Below, piece by piece: positions 57,762 through 64,000 of a stretch of 64,000 nucleotides of DNA (the stretch's first letter is position 1; each line of letters opens with the position of its first letter). The stretch lies in the UHGV virus genome UHGV-1421865; one strand, 5' to 3'. The notes under the pieces were generated by a model that was not told the origin of the DNA, did not search any database, and saw only the letters and a program-made list of their open reading frames with translations. The translations under genes were made by a program, and so were the position numbers. Source of the stretch: a virus.

Positions 57762-58211
57762 ATGAACGAACGATTAAAGATTACATCTAATTCTAAATCA
57801 GCGGTACTGAGACCTAAATCTAAAAATGAACTAGAACAACTAATACAGCAAGAGTTGGAACGTCAAGGCCAGGATGCTGACTTGAATCATATCGATACAT
57901 CACTGATTACAGACATGTCAGCATTGTTTGCTAATTATGGTACTATTACTATTAGAAATATCAAAATCGACGAATGGGACGTCAGTAATGTGACCGATAT
58001 GGAGCACATGTTTAGTTTGTGTGAAAAATTCAACTGCGATCTTTCCCATTGGAACACTTCTAATGTCACGAATATGAAATACATGTTCTATAGTTGTGAA
58101 AATTTTTATTCCGACTTACGAGGTTGGGACGTATCTAATGTGAGAACGTATATAAAATTTGCCGATTTATGTTCATCGTCATTTGTTAAAAAGATACCGA
58201 AGTTCAAATGA
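57762..58211 (+). CDS. DUF285-type repeat protein paralog (149 aa).
   Basis: MNERLKITSNSKS long head plus 3 repeats. Confidence 0.8.
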   Translation: MNERLKITSNSKSAVLRPKSKNELEQLIQQELERQGQDADLNHIDTSLITDMSALFANYGTITIRNIKIDEWDVSNVTDMEHMFSLCEKFNCDLSHWNTSNVTNMKYMFYSCENFYSDLRGWDVSNVRTYIKFADLCSSSFVKKIPKFK

Positions 58212-58299
58212 CGTGAGTAAATCAACGGAAGTGCCTCAACAGATTTGTAATTGATCTGTTGAGGCACTTATATATTTAATATGTAAATTTAATACAATA

Positions 58300-58992
58300 T
58301 CATTTGAATTGAGGTTGTAGCTGCGGATTAGATTTCATCTTGGGGCAGTTCTTGAACATATCTCCATGTGTCCATACTTTTCGTACATCCCAACTGGATA
58401 AATCAGACTCAAATTTTTTACAATACATAAACATACCGTACATATCTTTGACCTTTGAAACATCCCAAGTAGACAGATCAGACTCGAACTTAAAACAATG
58501 GTCAAATGTTTGAGCCATGTTTGTTACTTTCGATACGTTCCACTTAGACAAATCAGATGTAAATTTTTTACAATCTAAAAACATGCCGCCCATATTGGTA
58601 ACGTTACTGACGTCCCACTCAGAAAGGTCACAGTTGAATTTTGAACAACCGTGGAACATACTGTCCATGCGTCGTACATTCGACACGTCCCAAGTAGAAA
58701 GATCAGAATTGAATTTGCCACAGCCCATGAACATCTCAGACATTTCTTGTACATTAGATGTATCCCAGTCGTCGATTTTGATATTTCTAATCTCAAGCTG
58801 AGAAAACAAAAATGACATGTCTGTCATCAACGATGTATCAATGAAGTTCAAGTCGGCGTCCGGACCTTGTCGTTGTAGCTCTTGTTTTATGATAGGTCGT
58901 ATTTCTTCGTACGTCGTAGGTTTGGGACGGTATAAAGGTCTAGTCTTAGACGTGATCTTTATTCGTTCTGTGATGTATTGTTGTATACTCAT
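58300..58992 (-). CDS. DUF285-type repeat protein paralog (230 aa, 7 repeats).
   Basis: MSIQQYITERIKITSKTRP head. Confidence 0.8.
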   Translation of the reverse strand: MSIQQYITERIKITSKTRPLYRPKPTTYEEIRPIIKQELQRQGPDADLNFIDTSLMTDMSFLFSQLEIRNIKIDDWDTSNVQEMSEMFMGCGKFNSDLSTWDVSNVRRMDSMFHGCSKFNCDLSEWDVSNVTNMGGMFLDCKKFTSDLSKWNVSKVTNMAQTFDHCFKFESDLSTWDVSKVKDMYGMFMYCKKFESDLSSWDVRKVWTHGDMFKNCPKMKSNPQLQPQFK

Positions 58993-59009
58993 TTACTAGC
59001 TGGTACTTA

Positions 59010-59717
59010 TTAGTTTTTGAATTTTGGTTGTAGCTGTGGATTGGATTCCATCTTAGGACAATGCTTAAACATTTGTGAATGTGTTAGTACATTCGAAACA
59101 TCCCAACCGGACAAGTCAGATTCAAAATTAGGACATTCACGGAACATATTGTTCATATTTTCAACTTTTGAAACATCCCAACCAGACAAATCAGATTCAA
59201 ACTTGGAACAACTGTGAAAAGTCTCATTCATCGCGGTTACCTTCGAAACATCCCAACCAGACAAATCAGAATTGAAATTATCACAATCAGCAAACATTGC
59301 TTGCATGTCTTCTAATTTAGAAACGTTCCAATGAGATAGGTCAGTGTTGAAGCTAGAACAGGCATAAAACATGCTATTTGTATTCCATACTTTTGAAACA
59401 TCCCAACGAGATAGATCGCAATTGAAATTATCACAACTAGCAAACATGTCACGCATAGTCATTACATTATGTGTGTCCCACTCGTCAATTTGGATGTTTC
59501 TTATATCGAGGTCTTCAAATAATGCAGACATGTCATAAATCTTAGATGTATCGATATGGTTCAAATCGGCATCAGGACCTTGCTCTTCTAACTCTTGTTC
59601 TATGATAGACCGCAGCTCATTTTTACTTTTTGGAAACAGTGTACGTTCTGTTTGTTTAAGAGATCGTGAATTTGATGTTATCTTTAATCGTTCTGTGATG
59701 AAATTTTGTAGACTCAT
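59010..59717 (-). CDS. DUF285-type repeat protein paralog (235 aa, 7 repeats).
   Basis: MSLQNFITERLKITSNSRS head. Confidence 0.8.
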   Translation of the reverse strand: MSLQNFITERLKITSNSRSLKQTERTLFPKSKNELRSIIEQELEEQGPDADLNHIDTSKIYDMSALFEDLDIRNIQIDEWDTHNVMTMRDMFASCDNFNCDLSRWDVSKVWNTNSMFYACSSFNTDLSHWNVSKLEDMQAMFADCDNFNSDLSGWDVSKVTAMNETFHSCSKFESDLSGWDVSKVENMNNMFRECPNFESDLSGWDVSNVLTHSQMFKHCPKMESNPQLQPKFKN

Positions 59718-59726
59718 ATTTGTATA

Positions 59727-60545
59727 TTATATAGTATTTGAATTGAAGAAATAGTCCGGCGAATGTTGGCTCTTAATCCATTCTTCTATCTTATCTATCT
59801 CCGACTCTGCGCGCTGTGCGAAAGCGTCGTGATTAAGCGTAATACTACCAGGTAGTTTGTAATCGAACGTGCCCAGTATTGTCGACATGGATCTGAGACC
59901 TAAGGCGACACAGTATCTAAAGAAGTAGTGACTTTTATACAAGTCTTGTAGTCTACATCTTATGTAACAATGTATAATAAGATTAGAACCGTTTAATTCA
60001 CCGAGCAACGATAACACATTACTATAGTTATTGTAATCAAAAGTAATAGGGTATTCCAGTACACTTTGGTACGTACTAATCTCGTAAAGTGTTGCGATAG
60101 AGTCCATTAGGTTATATCCCATCTGTTGATTACCGTTTACCCCGCTACTGTAACCTGACATACCGTAACCACCAAACGACGCGTTATTGTTTAGTACCAT
60201 TCGTTCTAATGAGAAATCTCCTCGCATGTGGTAGTTGCTCTGGTCTGTTTTATATACACCGAATACAGATACGATTCGTTCCGGTAGAGTAACTAGCTTG
60301 TTAAGTCCACATTTTGTTACCTCGCTGTACGGTAAGAAATAGTAGCGTTCTTCGACGGCATTATCGTAGTTTTCATAGAAATAGTCGGCGGCTTGTAGTA
60401 TTAAACTCGGAATCGCGGCAGCCGGGACCGGTAACGGTAATGCACAAGACTGTGTTAGTTCTTGCACGATACGTTGAATAAACTTATAGTCTATCTGATC
60501 CTCTATGTTCTGTTGTGTTTTATCGCATTCGTTAATAGTGTTCAT
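59727..60545 (-). CDS. Hypothetical protein (272 aa) embedded in the paralog array.
   Basis: ORF. No repeat motif. Confidence 0.5.
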   Translation of the reverse strand: MNTINECDKTQQNIEDQIDYKFIQRIVQELTQSCALPLPVPAAAIPSLILQAADYFYENYDNAVEERYYFLPYSEVTKCGLNKLVTLPERIVSVFGVYKTDQSNYHMRGDFSLERMVLNNNASFGGYGMSGYSSGVNGNQQMGYNLMDSIATLYEISTYQSVLEYPITFDYNNYSNVLSLLGELNGSNLIIHCYIRCRLQDLYKSHYFFRYCVALGLRSMSTILGTFDYKLPGSITLNHDAFAQRAESEIDKIEEWIKSQHSPDYFFNSNTI

Positions 60546-60554
60546 TTCGTTGTG

Positions 60555-61358
60555 TTATATCTTATTACGTCTAGCTTTCGGTCTCAACTTAGCGTTATCG
60601 TACATTTTAGGACATCCTTTGAATATACTGTTTTTATTTACTTTACCGACATGTAAGTCAGATAAGTCCCAACCGGACAGGTCCGACTCGAATACCTTAC
60701 AACCTTCGAACATACCAGTGATATTAAATGTACCACGCATATCCCATCTAGAAAGGTCTGAAGTAAATTTATAACAGTTCTTAAATGTTTGTCTAAAATT
60801 AGTTGTCTTTGATACATTCCAGTCGGACAGGTCGCTTTCAAAGTTTATGCAGTTATAGAACATATTTTCCATACTTGTAACATTCGATACGTCCCATTTA
60901 GATAGATCAGAATTGAATTTGACACAACTAAAAAATGTACCAAATAATCCGGTAACCTTAGACACATCCCATCTTGAAAGATCACTATTGAACTTAATAC
61001 AATTATAGAACATAAGTTTTATATCTGTTACATTACCAGTGTCCCAACGAGATAGGTCTGCGTTGAAATTTCTACATTCTTCGAACATACCGAACATATC
61101 TGTTACATTACCAGTGTCCCACTCGTCTATTTTGATGTTACCTACATTTTTATAAGCAAACAAATTGTTCATATCCGTGACCTTAGATACGTCGATATGG
61201 TTTAAGTCAGCATCGGGACCTTGTGCTTCTAATTCGTCTTCTATCATCTCAATAAGTTCTGACCTGTCTTGGGGAAACAACGTGCATTCTGTTTGTTTAA
61301 GTGATCTTGTCTTAGAAGTTATTTTAAGTCGTTCTGTGATGAATTTTGATAGTGACAT
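60555..61358 (-). CDS. DUF285-type repeat protein paralog (267 aa, 8 repeats).
   Basis: MSLSKFITERLKITSKTRS head. Confidence 0.8.
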   Translation of the reverse strand: MSLSKFITERLKITSKTRSLKQTECTLFPQDRSELIEMIEDELEAQGPDADLNHIDVSKVTDMNNLFAYKNVGNIKIDEWDTGNVTDMFGMFEECRNFNADLSRWDTGNVTDIKLMFYNCIKFNSDLSRWDVSKVTGLFGTFFSCVKFNSDLSKWDVSNVTSMENMFYNCINFESDLSDWNVSKTTNFRQTFKNCYKFTSDLSRWDMRGTFNITGMFEGCKVFESDLSGWDLSDLHVGKVNKNSIFKGCPKMYDNAKLRPKARRNKI

Positions 61359-61396
61359 TTTTGTTAGTTATATTTTTTGAAACAAATAACTCAACG

Positions 61397-62248
61397 CTAT
61401 GTGTTGTCAAATTTAGGATGAAGCTCCCGTTCAAATTCCATATTAGGACACTCGGCAAACATATTATCATGTTTAATAACATTAGAAACGTCCCACATCG
61501 ACAAGTCAGACCTAAAATTAGAACATCCTCTGAACATCCAACGCATCTCCGTTACATTCGATACGTTCCATCCTGATAAATTGGCGTCGAACACCCTACA
61601 AGATACAAACATACCATACATATCCTTTACTTTTGAAACATTCCACTTAGATAGTTCGCTATTGAAATTTCTACATTCATAGAACATGTGTGACATGTTC
61701 GTCACATTTGAAGTGTCCCATATTGAAAGATCTGAATTGAATTTTTTACAGTTATAGAACATACTCTTCATTTTAGTCACATTAGAAACGTCCCAACCGG
61801 ACAAATTAGATTTGAATGAATCACAATTATCAAACATCCAACGCATATCTATTACATTCCGTGTGTCCCAATGTGATAAATCGCAATTGAACGCTCTACA
61901 ACCTTCGAACATAGCATACATATTCGTCACATTCCTAACATCCCAACCTGACAAGTCACAATTGAACTTTCTACATTCTCGAAACATACCCTGCATATTC
62001 GTCACATTAGAGACATCCCACTGGTCGATTTTGATATTTCCTACATTAACCTTGACCTGTGGGAATAAATCTCTCATATTTGTAATACCAGAGACATCTA
62101 TATGGTTCAAATCAGCATCCGTACCTTGTTGGAATAGTTCTTGTTTTATGATAGTTAGAAGCTCAGATTTTGTTTTAGGCTTCGGTCTATATAATTGGGT
62201 ATCAGACGTAATCTTTAGACGTTCTACAATATATCTTTGAAGTGACAT
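61397..62248 (-). CDS. DUF285-type repeat protein paralog (283 aa, 9 repeats).
   Basis: MSLQRYIVERLKITSDTQ head. Confidence 0.8.
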   Translation of the reverse strand: MSLQRYIVERLKITSDTQLYRPKPKTKSELLTIIKQELFQQGTDADLNHIDVSGITNMRDLFPQVKVNVGNIKIDQWDVSNVTNMQGMFRECRKFNCDLSGWDVRNVTNMYAMFEGCRAFNCDLSHWDTRNVIDMRWMFDNCDSFKSNLSGWDVSNVTKMKSMFYNCKKFNSDLSIWDTSNVTNMSHMFYECRNFNSELSKWNVSKVKDMYGMFVSCRVFDANLSGWNVSNVTEMRWMFRGCSNFRSDLSMWDVSNVIKHDNMFAECPNMEFERELHPKFDNT

Positions 62249-62254
62249 ATAAAA

Positions 62255-63028
62255 TCATTTGAATTTAGGTTGAAGTTGGCGATCAGCACGCATCTTAGGG
62301 CAGTTATTAAACATTTGCGAATGTGTTTTTACTTTCGAGACATCCCACCCCGATAAATCAGACTCGAAAATTTTACAATCACTAAACATCTCGCTCATAT
62401 TTGCCACATTTGAAACATCCCAACTAGATAAATCTGATTCGAATTTTATACAACCTTCGAACATAGCATACATATTCGTCACATTACTGACATTCCAACT
62501 AGATAAGTCTGATGTAAAACTCCTGCAGTAAAGAAACATCTTACTCATATTTTCTACATTGGACACTTGTGAAGCCCATTTAGACAGATCAGATTCGAAT
62601 TTATTACAGCTACTAAACATTCCCCTCATATTTGTAACATTAGAGACATTCCATTTAGAAAGATCTGAGTTGAATTTATTACAATTCGAGAACATGCCTT
62701 CCATATTTTCAACCCTTGATACGTCCCAACTAGATAAATCGGCAGTGACATAAAAACAGTGCATAAACATTCCCTTCATATTTGTAACATTAGAAGTATC
62801 CCAATCGTCTATCTTTATGTTCTTTATACCGTCTATACCCTTAAATAGTTCAGACATATCTGTAATCTCTGATGTATCGATAAAGTTCAAATCAGCATCT
62901 GGACCTTGTCGTTCTATTTCGGCCTTTATTATATCTATAAGATCTTCTTTTGTAGTAGGTCTCAGTACCGCTGATTTAGTATCGGACGTAATCTTTAGAC
63001 GTTCGTTGACAAAATTTGAAAGTGACAT
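62255..63028 (-). CDS. DUF285-type repeat protein paralog (257 aa, 8 repeats).
   Basis: MSLSNFVNERLKITSDTKS head. Confidence 0.8.
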   Translation of the reverse strand: MSLSNFVNERLKITSDTKSAVLRPTTKEDLIDIIKAEIERQGPDADLNFIDTSEITDMSELFKGIDGIKNIKIDDWDTSNVTNMKGMFMHCFYVTADLSSWDVSRVENMEGMFSNCNKFNSDLSKWNVSNVTNMRGMFSSCNKFESDLSKWASQVSNVENMSKMFLYCRSFTSDLSSWNVSNVTNMYAMFEGCIKFESDLSSWDVSNVANMSEMFSDCKIFESDLSGWDVSKVKTHSQMFNNCPKMRADRQLQPKFK

Positions 63029-63032
63029 TGTA

Positions 63033-63797
63033 TTATCTAAATTTGTTATAAGCCTGTTCTAAACGAGTATCGTACTTATTTTGTTTATAAGACGGTCCGT
63101 TGTATCGTTTGGCAAAACCGACCCAATCTTTCTTTTTAAGGCAGTTTATCATTCCTGAATTCTTAATGAATTCGCCGAACAGATCTAATTGTTTGGTCTC
63201 GGAATGACACATTTTGTTATATAGGTCTTCCGGTGACGTACAACCACACAGTTTATAGTTGTTTCCCATTATTTGAAACAGTCCGTACGATGCGGATGCA
63301 AAAGCGGCTTCTCTGTTTATCTCCAACGCACGCACCAGTCGATTGTATTCTATAACACCGCTTTTATAGTGTTTCGTCGTCCATGTTTTATATAAGATGT
63401 CTTGGTTGTCTTTATTAAGACACTTTTCCGGCACTATTTTACGACTTATAAGTTCACGCCAAAAGACATGTCCTTCGAATAGACTCTTTATTTGTCCGGA
63501 CGGTAAGAAACCCGAACCTGCCGATTCCACTGTCTTTACCGCTTTAATAACGGCCGGTTCGACACCGATACTTTTAGCAACTCTACTGTATGCAGTGTCT
63601 GAAATACCTGTTTTTAGTTTTAGTATAGTCGCAGGCCCTGCAATACCGTCTACAGTAAGTCCAGAAGCTCGTTGAAACGCCTTGACATATTCTGTTGTCA
63701 CAATACTGAAATTTCCGTCTATTGTAATAGGATAACCTTTGTCTACTAATAATTCTTGGAGATACTTTACATTGTCTCCTTTATCGCCTACTTTCAT
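63033..63797 (-). CDS. Endolysin with an N-terminal peptidoglycan-binding domain and a C-terminal N-acetylmuramidase-like domain.
   Basis: PG_binding_1-like motif YLQELLVDKGYPITIDGNFSIVTTEYVKAFQRASGLTVDGIAGPAT. Muramidase-like ASYGLFQIMGNNYK. Confidence 0.7.
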   Translation of the reverse strand: MKVGDKGDNVKYLQELLVDKGYPITIDGNFSIVTTEYVKAFQRASGLTVDGIAGPATILKLKTGISDTAYSRVAKSIGVEPAVIKAVKTVESAGSGFLPSGQIKSLFEGHVFWRELISRKIVPEKCLNKDNQDILYKTWTTKHYKSGVIEYNRLVRALEINREAAFASASYGLFQIMGNNYKLCGCTSPEDLYNKMCHSETKQLDLFGEFIKNSGMINCLKKKDWVGFAKRYNGPSYKQNKYDTRLEQAYNKFR

Positions 63798-64000
63798 TGT
63801 ATTTGCTTTATATAATATCGACTAAAATAGTCTATATACGACCCCGACACCGATAGTTGGCATCACCCGACCGTCGTGTCCTATACCGACACCTAAGAAC
63901 GGTCCTACACCGAATCGTTTTTGCTTAGGTCGAGCCATTTGGAAGCCGTCGATGTTATTTACTTTTATATAAGGATTGTTTGACGATACATAGATGCGAT

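Noticed and set aside
1-64000. Diversity-generating retroelement targeting the repeat-protein genes
   Set aside because: No reverse transcriptase motif (YxDD) is present in any ORF, and there is no template/variable repeat pair with adenine-specific differences. Diversity appears to come from paralog expansion instead.
1-64000. Stop-codon recoding as in Lak/crAss-like megaphages of Bacteroidetes
   Set aside because: Functional genes (nrdD, folD, RNR, topoisomerase) terminate cleanly at TAA/TGA/TAG with no in-frame stops that would require recoding.

Overview
This window looks like part of a large, virulent T4-like phage genome, about 38-40% GC by eye, that infects a Bacteroidetes host. The host assignment rests on signal peptides ending in ...SAQ, an OmpA-like protein, and conserved promoter elements carrying the Bacteroidetes -7 motif TAnnTTTG. 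Genes are dense, intron-free, and use standard stop codons.

Recognisable modules:
- DNA replication: a T4 gp52-like topoisomerase II medium subunit, a T4 RNase H-like 5'-3' exonuclease, a gp32-like single-stranded DNA-binding protein (SSB) with a DDLPF tail, and a 1240-aa Walker A/B helicase-domain protein.
- Nucleotide metabolism: anaerobic ribonucleotide reductase (RNR) NrdD, a second RNR catalytic subunit interrupted by a 230-aa intein, and FolD.
- Transcription: a sigma-70 family sigma factor.
- Lysis: three lysozyme or muramidase genes and a candidate spanin.
- Other: an OmpA-family outer-membrane protein, a radical-SAM enzyme, and a MoxR-type AAA+ ATPase paired with a VWA/HExxH protein.

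Two features dominate the window:
1. About 27 paralogous genes, roughly one fifth of the DNA, encode proteins with a conserved ~60-aa N-terminal head (...ELxRQGPDADLNFIDTSxITDMSxLF...NIKIDEWDVSNVT). The head is followed by 1-9 copies of a ~26-residue repeat (FxxCxxFNxDLSxWDVSNVTxMxxMF) that resembles the Listeria/Mycoplasma DUF285 '26-residue surface-protein' repeat. They form tandem, translationally coupled arrays on both strands and include truncated, decayed and insertion-disrupted copies.
2. A family of ~150-nt intergenic elements (6 full copies, 3 half copies) carries a conserved 5' segment and a long nested hairpin ending in a U-tract. Base changes between copies are compensatory, which points to a conserved RNA structure (a small-RNA or terminator family).

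Other non-coding signals:
- An AT-rich region with four iterons of ~20-bp periodicity, next to the helicase gene, is a candidate replication origin.
- A hairpin terminator of one sequence family is reused four times.
- A twin-palindrome operator-like element sits upstream of two unrelated genes.
- A conserved promoter plus 5'-UTR hairpin cassette drives several small membrane-protein genes.
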